DNA from: Eledone cirrhosa
Taxonomy: Eukaryota
NCBI GenBank assembly: GCA_964016885.1
Contig: OZ024747.1
Location: 93,682,001 to 93,746,000 of the forward strand
DNA length: 64,000 nt
Reading direction: 5' to 3'
Shown here: one piece after another, positions 26,876 through 38,888 of the stretch
Layout of the letters: every line of letters starts with the position of its first letter
Position numbering within the stretch: the stretch's first letter is position 1
Notes under the pieces: model-generated
What the model was told of the DNA's origin: nothing
What the model saw: the letters and a program-made list of their open reading frames with translations, nothing else
The model's database searches: none
Position numbers and translations under genes: made by a program

Positions 26876-27980
26876 CATCTGTTTCAAATTACAAACTTTA
26901 TTACCGACCATTGAGTTTCCTCGATTTTAGGTTTTATTTGCTATACTTGATCATTCCTTTCGTCAATATAAAAGTGGGCGACAACCATACTTGTATAGGT
27001 TGCTCATGCTCCAGATTTCATGAACTTTTCCCTATGCCGCCATTTTATTTTCACTGTTCGTTTTAGAGTTATGTGAGACATTATCCAATGACTTACCCTT
27101 TTAACGAATTGGCAGCTATTACTAGCAAAGCGAATTAATTTGATTGTGGATATTTGAAGTAACTATAATCACTCAGTACCTTTAGAAAATGTCAGACAAA
27201 ATAATTTGAAGTTTATTCTTACAGACCCAAGTTCGAATTCCGCCCTAGTCAAAATACAGAATCCGTAAAGCCGATGTAATCAACTTATTCTCTCCAGTGT
27301 ATTAATTTCAACAGTGCATTACTTTAGGCGAACCTCGTTTTTCTTGTGCAGAGCACAAGGCTATAGCCGAGTTTTAACCTAATTTCATTTTACTAAACGA
27401 GCTACGAGAACATTTAGCAAGATTAATCTGAAACTTACAGTTGAAATTTCACTCATTACTAAATCTTTAGTTTCGATATAATGTAAACTGCTAGCCAATA
27501 GAATCGTATCAGAAGTAAATATTAACGACCAGCAACCGAATAAATCCTATAATGTTAACTTGGTCATTGAGAAATATAGAACGAGGCGGTTAGTTCTGGC
27601 TTAAAATAGAAAACCTCACAGTCCTCATACCCCCATAAATGTGGTGCTACTAAACAAGGTGAAATAAAATAGCAACGATTAATTGAAACTGAATAGAAAA
27701 ATAATAATGCAAAATTAATTTATTCCAAAATGAAGTCGATCAACTCAATATAAAAAAAAAAAAAACGAATATGTACCAAACGTTTGTTGAAATATTGAAT
27801 GTCATTGTAGAGAACATTTTAAAATTACAGTTGTAAAAATTTACAGTAGAATAACGTGGCAAATATTCTCGTAATTCGTTCAGAACAAATGTCTAAACCG
27901 TGTATAATAACACAATAATATAAATCCATAAATAAGGGGGAGGGGTCAATTCGCCACCAAGTGTGACAATCTGCAACACC

Positions 27981-28630
27981 TCACACCTTGGGGCTAACAG
28001 CATTACCACGGGTGATGACGAGGCTAAGGCACCCCATAGGCATCACCCGACACCTCAGTAAAGCGAGCCGCCAGTGAAGAACTTCGCTGTCAGCGGCTCA
28101 ACTCCATCGAACGTCACAGGCTGGAAAAAATAATTGTTTGATAAGTCCTGGTATTTCCGAATTATATTCCATTCGGCAGCGGAAGCAGTGACCCCCCCCC
28201 CCCCCCATGAGACACTTACATCTCACCCAGGGATAAAGGGTAAGACTGTCTGATCTCTTCTGGATAAACCAGCCGGCTCCACAACTGTGGGGATATTAAC
28301 CCAAGCCAGGACCCGTTTGATGATCAGGTTCAGCTCGGTGTGACGGGCAAAACGACCAGCATTCAGACCGCATGACAAACCATGTAAACCCGTGATCTCG
28401 AGGGACCTACCACAGCGGCATCTCAGACCCCAGTGTCGGTTCCCACACGAAGTGCAATGGGGGTGCGGAGTTCGTCCGGACTGAGAAGACCACCAACGCT
28501 GGCCACAGACAGGGCAGCAATCAAGTCCCCCGAGAACTTTGCTCTAGCAGAAAGTAAGCGGCACCTAGAAAATTGATCGGAAAGATCAAAGAGTTGGAAG
28601 TTTCCCTCGAACGCAGATTGTCCCAACGAG
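27981..28630 (-). mobile_element. CRE-clade non-LTR retrotransposon 3' fragment (CCHC knuckle plus restriction-like endonuclease), degraded
   Basis: RLLSARAKFSGDLIAAL..ELRTPIALRVG; CRCGRSLEITGLHGLSCGLNAGRFARHTELNLIIKR..VEPAGLSR; RKYQDLSNNYFFQPVTF; LSLVITRGNAVS. Confidence 0.8.
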
Positions 28631-28734
28631 ATCCTGTAAAATAGTTATTGTTCATTAAATTTAGACATGAACGTCTCGCTTACTTCCAACAGATGGAGTA
28701 TTTTCCGTAATTTGATTAAACAGTTTCATATATA

Positions 28735-28920
28735 ATTGTTTCTACTTTTTTGGCACAAGGCCAGCAATTACACAGTACATTACTGGTACTTTATTTTATC
28801 GACCCCGTAAGGATGAAAGGCAAAGTGAACCTCGGCGGGATTTGAACTCAGACCGTAAAGGGACGTAACTATGCTGGAAAGCATGGCGTCCGACTCTCTA
28901 CCGATATTGCCAATCCACCG
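28735..28920 (-). mobile_element. Full-length young SINE
   Basis: Complete consensus; TTTCATATA duplicated at the flanks; absent from the left arm. Confidence 0.92.
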
Positions 28921-29043
28921 CTATTTCATATACAGTATAGGACAAGTCATTTTCTAAACTACAACCGGATATATCATTGACTGAAAAACGTCCATAAACA
29001 GTGATACAGCAAAAAACCATTTACTGGTGTTCCAATGGAGGGC

Positions 29044-29293
29044 TCAACTAGAAGCCTTCTCGGTCTTCTTGGGGAGAAGTACAGCCTGGATGTTGGGAAG
29101 AACACCACCCTGAACGATGGTCACTCCGGACAAAAGTTTGTTCAACTCTTCGTCGTTACGGATGGCCAATTGTAAATGACGGGGAATAATTCTGGCCTTC
29201 TTGTTGTCTCTGGCAGCAATTCCTGCCAATTCCATCACTTCAGCAGCCAAATATTCCATTGCTCTTTCCCTTTACTTTACCACGTCCAGACAT
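29044..29293 (-). pseudogene. H2A: H2A pseudogene (variant C-terminus KKTEKASS)
   Basis: ATG at 29293; 9-bp and 119-bp deletions relative to the 47615 copy give [17 protein letters not shown]; no stem-loop downstream. Confidence 0.92.
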
Positions 29294-29628
29294 TTTCTAT
29301 ACAGGAAATCAGTGTTATTTGTAATATATAAAAAAATAATTCTTCGCGATAAAATATCTGGACGTGTCTCAATTATTTGCAATATGGTTAATCTTCGTTA
29401 TTTGTGGGACTAAAGCTGCTTTTCATTACACATGATCACAATTTTAACCAATGAAATTGAAAGATCGTATGAAACTGGTCATGTGACATTGATTTACTGT
29501 GAAATAATTTTAACCAATGAAATTGATTTGTAAGATTGGCATTGTCTGGAGCCTACTCGAGCTTATATATATATTCTGAAAGACGGCAGTTAACATCAAA
29601 TTGGTTTTAATATTTAGAGAATATTATC
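29294..29628. promoter_or_regulatory. Bidirectional H2A/H2B promoter
   Basis: Two copies of AATTTTAACCAATGAAATTGA (CCAAT) and TATA elements on both sides. Confidence 0.65.
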
Positions 29629-30006
29629 ATGCCGCCAGCTCCAGCAGCACCCTCCAAGGGCGCCAAGAAGGCCTCTAAGGCTAAAGCCACACGTCCCGCC
29701 GGTGACAAGAAACGCAAGAAGAAGAGGAAGGAAAGTTATTCCATCTACATCTACAAAGTGATGAAACAAGTCCATCCCGACACTGGTATCTCCAGCAAAG
29801 CTATGTCTATCATGAACAGTTTTGTCAACGATTTGTTCGAAAGAATTGCTTCTGAATCTAGCCGTTTGGCTCACTACAACAAACGATCTACCATCAGTAG
29901 CCGTGAAGTACAGACTGCTGTCCGTCTTCTCCTCCCTGGTGAGTTAGCTAAGCACGCCGTCTCTGAGGGTACCAAGGCTGTCACCAAGTACACCAGCAGC
30001 AAGTAA
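29629..30006 (+). CDS. H2B: Histone H2B (isoform with APSK/AKATR tail, ESSR)
   Basis: Complete 125 aa H2B, stem-loop at 30045. Confidence 0.97.
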   Translation: MPPAPAAPSKGAKKASKAKATRPAGDKKRKKKRKESYSIYIYKVMKQVHPDTGISSKAMSIMNSFVNDLFERIASESSRLAHYNKRSTISSREVQTAVRLLLPGELAKHAVSEGTKAVTKYTSSK

Positions 30007-30044
30007 ATCAATTCCTACTGCTTAAAAAAAATTAAGACAACAAC

Positions 30045-30060
30045 GGCCCTTTTCAGGGCC
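30045..30060 (+). terminator. Histone 3' stem-loop
   Basis: GGCCCTTTTCAGGGCC. Confidence 0.95.
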
Positions 30061-30265
30061 ATTAACATTTCAAATATAGTCGACTTGGTCTATTGTTAGT
30101 ATGTGAGCAAAAGCGATGTCCGAGTGATTTTTATTTTTTACAAAATAATGCTTTTTCATCTATTTCTGTTCTGATGTGTACATTTTTTTATCTTCAACTG
30201 AATTGTTCGATGTTTTGAACACGATTACGGTGCTTCTAAAGAATAGGTTCCCAAGATTAATTAAT

Positions 30266-30370
30266 AATTGTTTCTACTTTAGGCACAAGGCCAGCAAATA
30301 CTAGTGCATTACTGGTACTTTATTTTATCGACCCCCGTAAGGATGAAAGGCAAAGTCAACCTCGGCGGGA
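30266..30370 (-). mobile_element. 5'-truncated SINE
   Basis: 3' half of consensus; ATTAAT flanks; absent from the left arm. Confidence 0.85.
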
Positions 30371-31265
30371 TTAATATAAACTACAAATTTCAAAATTTGG
30401 ATTCAGATTAATTCGCTATTTCTCTAGTCTAGCCTAATCCTAATTGGTATAAATAAATATTGTATTGTCTTATATTCATTCTTGGCGGGTGGAGTTAAGT
30501 TTTACTTTAGGTATAATGGGTTGTAAATAAATCTTGCGTGTTTTTATTGTATTTTTCTTGGTTCCGTTCGATTCTGGAATTTAACTTGCCTAATTAGTAT
30601 TATTAATTATGCCAATACATCAAACGATGCAGATTTTCTTCTGTAGAACAAAATCTGCATAGTTTGATGTATTGGCATAATTAATTTAGTTTGTCTTCTT
30701 TGCATGTATACATTGCGATGTTGGAAGTTTATCAAGTTATTTCTTTCGTAATACATAACTGCAGAAATGATATTGTGTTTCTGTAGAAAATTGCACATAT
30801 TACCAAAATGTCTTTTCAACTATAGTCGATGCATTTTCGAAACGTATACAACTTGTTCATTAAGCTTTTACGCGCACGCTACTTTGCAGAATTTAGGTTT
30901 TGGCTTGCGACTTTGGCATTCATCCTCTTTGTCCCTAAATAAATAAGTCGATATGTTGTCTACCCCTCTAAATAAATGTGATCGATGTTACTAAAGCGAC
31001 TCTGTTCAAACAAGAATCGTTAAAAGCGATGGTAGATAAAATTGAATGTGTTTTGGTTTCTATTTTAACGGCGTAAAAAAATATTTCAATGCACTTGGAA
31101 ATTTCAAAATTGTCATTAAACTCTTTGACAACCCACTTGAAATTGCTCTAGTTTTATGATGTTCATACATATTAAAACTTTCCACCATATTATATTTCGG
31201 GAGTTTTTGCTAAGTAATGTTTCAAAGGCATTTTTGAATGTTTTCAAACCATTATTTACTTAGGG

Positions 31266-31432
31266 TTGGACGCCATGCTTTCCAGCATAGTTACGTCCCT
31301 TTATGATCTGTGTTCAAATCCCAATCCCACCGAGGTTGACTTTGCCTTTCATCCTTACGGGGTCGATAAAATAAAGTACCAGTAATGCACTGGGTAATTG
31401 CTGGCCTTATGCCTAAAGTAGAAACAATTATT
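31266..31432 (+). mobile_element. SINE copy
   Basis: Consensus match; shares an AATCCC duplication with the 33452 copy. Confidence 0.88.
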
Positions 31433-32644
31433 TACATAACCCTCCCTCTATAACGACCATTACACTAGAACACGTCAAGCAAAAATACAGAGAGGACTCG
31501 CAGTGTTTTTCACAAATTTGATAATGAAAATTTTATTTCCATACAACAAACAAGATTAAATATTTAAAGAAAGCAAAATTAGTAAGACGGGTAAAGATAT
31601 AAATGATGTAAGTTCAAAAGAAAACAAAAACACAAGCTGGTCATACATCAAAAGACAAACTAACCGCTACCAGAACAAAAGATAACTATCACGAGGCGCA
31701 CTGGAACCTAATAATTTTTACAAATTTTGTACACATTTCAGGATAATTTGAAAAGATTTTTTTTTATTTTAAATATTTGTGTGCATATATGACATTTCGG
31801 GTGTTATACCCGTGGTTAGTGTATTGGTGTCGCGCACATTTTGCTCAAAGCATTAAACGATTCGCTCAATTGGAGCGTTGCATGAAAGTAATGAGTTGAG
31901 CATTTGAAAAAATTCTTATTTCCATAAATGTGTGAATCCCATAAAGTATTCCTAGATGCGAATGCAAAAATCCGATTAAAAAAGGTTTACCTGGTAGATT
32001 CTGTTTGGAGGTCGGAACACGATTTCTTTCAGAAAAAGAAAGGGGTAGAACTAATCTCAATACTAGACTGGTATTTTCAATGGTACCCTCAACTTGGAAT
32101 ACTGTAAAAGCCCCACATACTATAGTAACACTGTAAAAGATATACAAAATATATTTATATGTAATTTTCCTCATGAAGAATAAACTAAAATTACATACTC
32201 AACTCATATTCTGTATTTTTTATGTTTGGTTTTTGGCATGCACAGAGAACTAAGAGAAACCATCTGCAGGTAGACTCAGCAGTCTAAACAGGGCTCCAAA
32301 TATGTAACAACTTCTCAGGTGACTGTCTGACCATGAACAAAAGAAAACTGGAGATAGCATATACAGTGGAACCCTCTGCTCACGAAATTAATTCCTTCTT
32401 GATGGCCGTTAGAACACAAGCATAATTATCAGCTATAAAAAAAAAACTCAGAACAATTTATTTTTTAAAATGCAGGATAAATCTATGAATAGGAAAAGGC
32501 CTGCAGAGAAAAATGACCAATATATATATCTAGTGAGGTGGTTGCTGGATTTATATATCCACCCACCAAGATAAAGTAGCATATTAAAATATTTATGTAA
32601 TCATGTTTTTATATGGTTTCAATTTTATGAAAAATCTGAAACAG

Positions 32645-32716
<72 letters not shown>

Positions 32717-33451
32717 TAGCATAGTATGTATGAAAAATGATGGGGTTCATAGTAAACAAAAAAAACTTAATAGTTCTTTGATTACAACATTCTAGGTAAA
32801 TATGCCTGAATCCTCAGTTTTCCTTGACCTTTAACCATATATGGTTAAAGACCATACTGTTGTTGAGGGCAGAGCAACAATGTTTTCTCAAAGGCAAGAT
32901 CCCACTGGTGACTCATACAAGTTGCTATCTAGTAGATCTGGTTTTATAATAACTATACTGATCACTAAGAAGTTTTAAATATGTCGTGTAAGGAATTTAT
33001 CTGAATATACTTTGTTAATTTGAGTTAGTTTTATGATCCTTATATTGCCAGTTATTCGTTACAAAGAAGGGAGGACAAGGATTAGTGGCTAGTGTTTGGC
33101 TCACATTTGTAAGGCCAAGAGTTCAATTCTCAGACTAAGTGGCATGTTGTGTCCTTGAGTAAGATACTTTATTTCATGTTGCTCCAGTCCACTCAGCTGT
33201 CAAAAAAGTGTTGAAATTCAAGGGGCCATGTCCGACATGTTGATTTTTCCCTGAAATCTACATTAAGGGTACGTGTCTGGAATTACCCGGGGCACTCTTT
33301 GGAAACAATGGAGATTCAATAAACAAAATACTGTTGTGAAATCACACTTCATAAAGTTGTATTTCAAGCACCAGCTTAATGAGAAAATTGGTTATATTAC
33401 TAAATCGCTCCAAATTACACCGTGTAACATTTTTTGTTCCCCCGGTTCTAA

Positions 33452-33646
33452 GTGTGGATTGGCAGTATCGGTAGCAGGTCGGACGCCATGCTTTGTAGCA
33501 TAGTTACCTCCCTTTATGATCTGTGTTCAAATCCCAATCCCACCGAGGTTAACTTTGCCTTTCATCCTTACGGGGTCGATAAAATAAAGTACCAGTAATG
33601 CACTGGGTAATTGCTGGCCTTGTGCCAAAAGTAGAAACAATTATTA
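33452..33646 (+). mobile_element. Full-length SINE
   Basis: Consensus match. Confidence 0.9.
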
Positions 33647-33869
33647 TAAAAAAACACTATTATTTAATCAGTTTGATATTTCAAAATTTTCATATTTTTC
33701 AAGAAAAAACACATTTAAAAAAAATTTATCAGTTCATATAATTAAATCAACAGAGTATATATTTATTTTATTAAACAAGCTTATCAAAAGCAAACGAGTA
33801 AAAACAAATAACACTTATAAAGCAACTTATACACGTCAGAAATGACTGGATTTGCGGTTGTAGTCCAGG

Positions 33870-34910
33870 TCTCATTCCCGCACTAGCCCCCCAGATATAG
33901 TCCCCCCATCATTTTTTCATTGTAGTGGCCCTGGTACCACCGCTCTATCTCTTTCACATCTTGGTGGAATCGTTCGCCTTGTTCTTCTGAATAGGCGCCC
34001 ATATTGTCCTTGAATTTTACCAGGTGAGCGTCCAACATATGGAGTTTAAGCTACATCCTGCATCCCATGGCGCCAAAAGCCTTTATCAGATCCTGCACCA
34101 ATTGCTGGTAGTTTTCAGCTCTGTAATTTCCCAGAAAGACTTTAACTGCCTTGAAACAGTTCCACGCTGTTCTCTCAATCCTATTGAGCTTATTGGAGAA
34201 CTCGGTACACTCAAAAACCTTCTTTATCTGAGGTCCAACAAAAATTCCACCTTTGATTTTGGCTTCAGATAACTTGGGGAAGAACTCAAGAAGGTACTTA
34301 AAAGCGGCTGATTCTTGGTTGAGAGCCTTCACAAACTGCATCAACCCCAACTTAATGTGCAGTGGTGGCATGAGCACAATCCTGGGATCAACCAGTGGGT
34401 CCCACATGACGTTCCGGGTCCCAACTACAAATTCTGTTCGCTGCTCCCAGTTCTTTCTTTTGTAGTGGTCAGAGGTGGCTCTGCTGTCCAAAAGGCAGAG
34501 GAAGCATTGGAATTTGATAAAGCCTCCTTGGAGTCCAAGCAGGAAAGCCACCATCTTGAAGTCTCCAATGATTTCCCAATTGTACTGGTTGTATTGTAGA
34601 GCTTCCAAGAGAACTTTCAGACTGTAGTAATCTTCCTTCAGGCAGACTAAATGAGCTAGGGGCAGTGTCGGGAACTTGTTTCCATTGTGGAGGAGGACAG
34701 CCTTCAAACTTGTGGTGGAGCTGTCTATAAACAGCTGTCACTCCTTGGGCACAAACGGCACCCCAATAACGTCAAACAGTCCAGGTACGTCATGGCAGAA
34801 GCAGAGGCCATCCCTAAGAGTGTAAAAGCCTGAGAAAGGTTTGTGTTGACTTCTCTGACTTGTCACCTGCACTTCCTCCTTGACCAAGTTCCACTGCTTC
34901 ATCCTGGAGA
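33870..34910 (-). mobile_element. Chapaev3-like (CMC) DNA transposase pseudogene
   Basis: KAVLLHNGN, GDFKMVAFLLGLQGG..CFLC, PPLHIKLGL, KIKGGIFVGPQI, then SEEQGERFHQD in a shifted frame. Confidence 0.8.
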
Positions 34911-35780
34911 CGGATGCTTAAAACTTACCCTTTATTCAGGGTGCGAAAATCCAGTATCAAAATCTCTTTAATCCACTTTTTAACAATTTTATACTTTATT
35001 GCACTTTTATAATTTTCTTTAGGTATTACTTTTTATTTTAAAATTTTAATTTAACCTGAAACATATAAAAACAAATCATTTAACATAAGCAAATTAAACT
35101 TACATACAAAGTAAAATCCAGCATACAAATAATTCTAGTGAATAGCTTAGAATTTTTACAAACCCAAACTTTTAACTGTTTAATAGCACTTTTTTTATTT
35201 ATTTATTTGGGACCTAAGCAACACAAAAAAAGTGATTACAAGCCAGGAACAGAGAAAAATTTTTTTTTGTTACACAGTGTTATTGATTATTTGAAAATCA
35301 TAGGCAGTGCCTTTCCTTAGAAATATAGTAACAAAAAGGTTTGAAACATATACCTTCATATGAGTGGGTCTAACCATGATATGAAAGGTTTTAAAAGATC
35401 TGATGATTTCCAATCAGAATGCATCCAAAGTCTCCAAGACATGGGAAGAGCAATATTTTAACCAATAGCTGCATAGTCTATTATAGACTAACTTTTTAAT
35501 AATTTCAAAGAGATTATATAATGGAGAATCATCATTACCATTGTTTAACATCTGTTTTCCTAGCTAACAGGTTTACATGGCACTAAACAATATAAACAGT
35601 AAAATAAAACTGAGGGTGAAAATATTAATCTCAGGATTCAATTAGAAGAGTCTCGGATATAAACATATATACTTCGGTATATTCCAAGATTAATATGATA
35701 TTCATTTTAAAATTATATATATATATAAACCTAATTCTAACACTGTTTGTACTGTACTCTTCGTTATTGTTTTTGTTTTA

Positions 35781-35823
<43 letters not shown>

Positions 35824-36021
35824 TTCAGTATATAAGGATGCATTTCACTTCAAGCACTCAATGTCATTTTACTTCTTTAAAACAAGGATGACGGAGTATA
35901 TTTATTAAAAAAAACGATTATATATATATATATAGGTAAGTTATTCCGGGTTGAATCGGAGGTAACCACAGTAAGTAAGGTACTCAATACATAGCAGAGT
36001 ATAAAAGTTTTAATATAGAAG

Positions 36022-36072
36022 AGATTCTACAGGACTAGAACTGTTTCATTCATGAGAAATCATCAGGAATCT
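36022..36072 (-). ncRNA. Type I hammerhead ribozyme (U-U at base of stem II)
   Basis: AGATTC-CTGATGA-T-TTC-TCAT-GAA-T-GAAA-CAG-TTCTAGTC-CTG-TA-GAATCT; all three stems pair, GUA site. Confidence 0.75.
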
Positions 36073-36207
36073 GACTGTCCAAGTAAATATGGTGGCATTT
36101 ATATCTTTTCTGGGGGTAGGAGAGGGTGGGGAGTGGGATGGGTGGAGGTCATTGGTTGAAAGAAAAGGGAATTCATTAAAAGCTAATTCTTTAAAGCTAT
36201 AATTTAT

Positions 36208-36392
36208 ATTTAGAGTGACAACGGCAGAAAGAATTCTATAAACAAGTTCAAATTTTGGGTGTCTCTCCTTATTGTCAAATTTCTCTTAAGCTATATTTCA
36301 GGTGTCTACAAGCACATTCACACACACACACATATATATTTCTATATATATATATACACACACATATATATATATACATATATATACATTTG

Positions 36393-36431
<39 letters not shown>

Positions 36432-36501
36432 ATATGTAGGTATGTATGTGTGTGTATATGTAGGTATGTATGTATGTGTATATGTATATGTAGGTATGTA
36501 T

Positions 36502-36545
<44 letters not shown>

Positions 36546-36665
36546 ATATATATGTGTATATAAATGTATAGATACATATATTTGCCTTGGTGGCCTGGCC
36601 CTTGAAATATGTATAATAAAATAAATATGGTTTTATAAATATAGTTTCCATTTGTTAATATATTG

Positions 36666-36705
<40 letters not shown>

Positions 36706-36814
36706 AATGTGCTTGTAGATACCTGAAATATAGCTTAAGAGAAATTTGACAATAAGGAGAGGCACCCAAAATTTGAACTTGTTTATAAAATTCTTTCTGC
36801 CTTTGTCACTCTAA
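36208..36814. repeat. ~120 bp inverted repeat enclosing microsatellite
   Basis: TTAGAGTGACAA..AAGCACATTCAC (36208-36330) vs GTGAATGTGCTT..TTGTCACTCTAA (36690-36814). Confidence 0.9.
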
Positions 36815-37103
36815 GCTTACATACACACATACATACCTACATATACATATATATATACATACACACATACATACATACACATAAAATATATATACATACA
36901 TACACACCCACATATATATGTACATATACGCATACACGTACATATATATACATACATATACATACACATACACATATATACATACATATATATACATATA
37001 TACATACATATATATACACACGCACATACATATATATACACACACACATACATACATATATATATACACACACACATACATATATATATACATACAAATA
37101 TAT

Positions 37104-37138
<35 letters not shown>

Positions 37139-37728
37139 CATACAAATATATGTATATATACATATATACGCACACATATATACATATACACACACACACA
37201 CATATATATACACACAAATATACACATACATACCCATATGCAGGTAAATATAAACGCACGTACACACAAACATACGCATACATACGAACGGCCACTCATA
37301 AAAGTACGTACATACATGTACTCATAAATATACACAGACATATATACAGCTCTACATGCAGAATGAGCAGATAGGTAAGAAGTACTTATATGACCATAGT
37401 GCCTGTTTCGGGTCGAGAGGGAGTAGGGTGGGAAGGAAGTAGAGGGGGTATTTTGTTGAGTGGGTCTTAAAAAAAAAGAATAAAAAAAGGGGGAATCTTT
37501 TTTAGCCATCTGGCATTAACACTGGCTTAAGGTATTTGAAAGTTGCAAAGTTTTTGTGCATGCAATTCGGGCAGTGTTCAGAGAGTTTGTTCATATATAT
37601 ATATAATATAAAATCTCAGGAGATAGCAATCTGAATAAACCTGTTTTTTTCTCAAAGAAAATTTTCATTTCTGCTACTGCTCACTCTCGTCTATCTTTGT
37701 ATTTTTTCTTCTTAAATTTCTCATTCTA

Positions 37729-37764
37729 TTTTCTGATGAAGGACTAGTGTCCAAAACGCCAAGA
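37729..37764 (+). ncRNA. Degenerate minimal hammerhead motif
   Basis: CTGATGA-A-GGAC-TAGT-GTCC-AAAACGCC; GAAA and GTC appear mutated. Confidence 0.45.
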
Positions 37765-37855
37765 CTCTTTTCCTACATCAAGTGTAAAATTAATATTTTT
37801 CATCGTACTGTGTCATTGCTTTATTTCTGTTTGCCTTTTGCATATATACCCGTAT

Positions 37856-37914
<59 letters not shown>

Positions 37915-38754
37915 CATTTTTTTTTCAAACATAAATAGAGATTGTGTATATATATGTGTTAATAAATATTTGTTCTACTGTTCTTATATTTGATATATAT
38001 TTATCCTTATCGAGCCCTCTGTGGATTTTAGTCTTCAAATTTATTATTATTACTATATATATATATATACACACACTCACATACATCTATTTCGAATTTT
38101 CAAAATTCAGTTTTCTTTCAGAAAAAATCTATTCCTGTATAAGAGTATTTGAAATCATTCACACATTTGTTTTACTTTAATTTCCTGTTATAATCTCTTG
38201 TCCTTACATTTACACATATTTCAAATGTAAAATGTTCTAATCTAAATAATTACAACAGTTTTTTTCTTGAAATTTATATTAAATTTTCATTGTTCCATAT
38301 ATATCATTTATATTAAATAACAATAATTGTTCCATATATATCTTTTATATTAAATGACAATAATAATTGTTTATTTGTCAATTTAAAGTGTTGGACTTAC
38401 TGATTATATGGTCGAATTTTATAGTGTGTGTAGATGGGGGGATTAACAGGACAAGGCATAATCTGCTTATTCAAGTTTGTATAACTTCTTCACCCACCCA
38501 CTTATTCCTGAGAGGGTGAGGGGGCGACGACGACAGAGTCCTCAAACACTCCTTCCAGCGGGTTCTGTCAGAAGCAACTGTCTCCAACTGATCCGGCTGG
38601 ATCCACAAACACGACCAGCCAAGATGTTATCCAACTATCTTGCTTGGGGTCTTGAAAAAAATTGCTCTAATATATAATAAACTATTCCTTCGTCTCACTT
38701 TTTCAAGCATGGAAAAATGGAAATAAATAGTCACCCACTTTCCATGCTGGCATG

Positions 38755-38888
38755 GTATGAATACGGACCACGAAAGCGTGGCCCATCGATCCTTTCCGAA
38801 TAGCAGTGAGGTATACGTTCGCCGAGGTGTCAGAAAAAGTTACCAGAGATAACTGGCTTGTGGCGACCAACCGTTCGCAGCGACGTCG
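38755..38888 (+). pseudogene. 28S rRNA fragment
   Basis: GAGGTGTCAGAAAAAGTTACCAGAGATAACTGGCTTGTGGCGACCAACCGTTCGCAGCGACGTCG matches conserved LSU domain V with indels. Confidence 0.88.

Larger units (their letters stand above)
27110..32405. repeat. Right arm of the inverted segmental duplication (with extra insertions)
   Basis: Reverse complement of 20335-23585; carries a CRE fragment and three SINEs absent from the left arm. Confidence 0.9.

Noticed and set aside
29044-29259. Short 71-aa H2A as a functional truncated variant or H2A.X
   Set aside because: Upstream ATG is out of frame, part of the histone fold is missing, and there is no SQ(E/D)Y motif
35396-35430. CTGATGATTTC..GAAT resembling the U-U hammerhead
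   Set aside because: GAAA replaced by GCAT and no stem III
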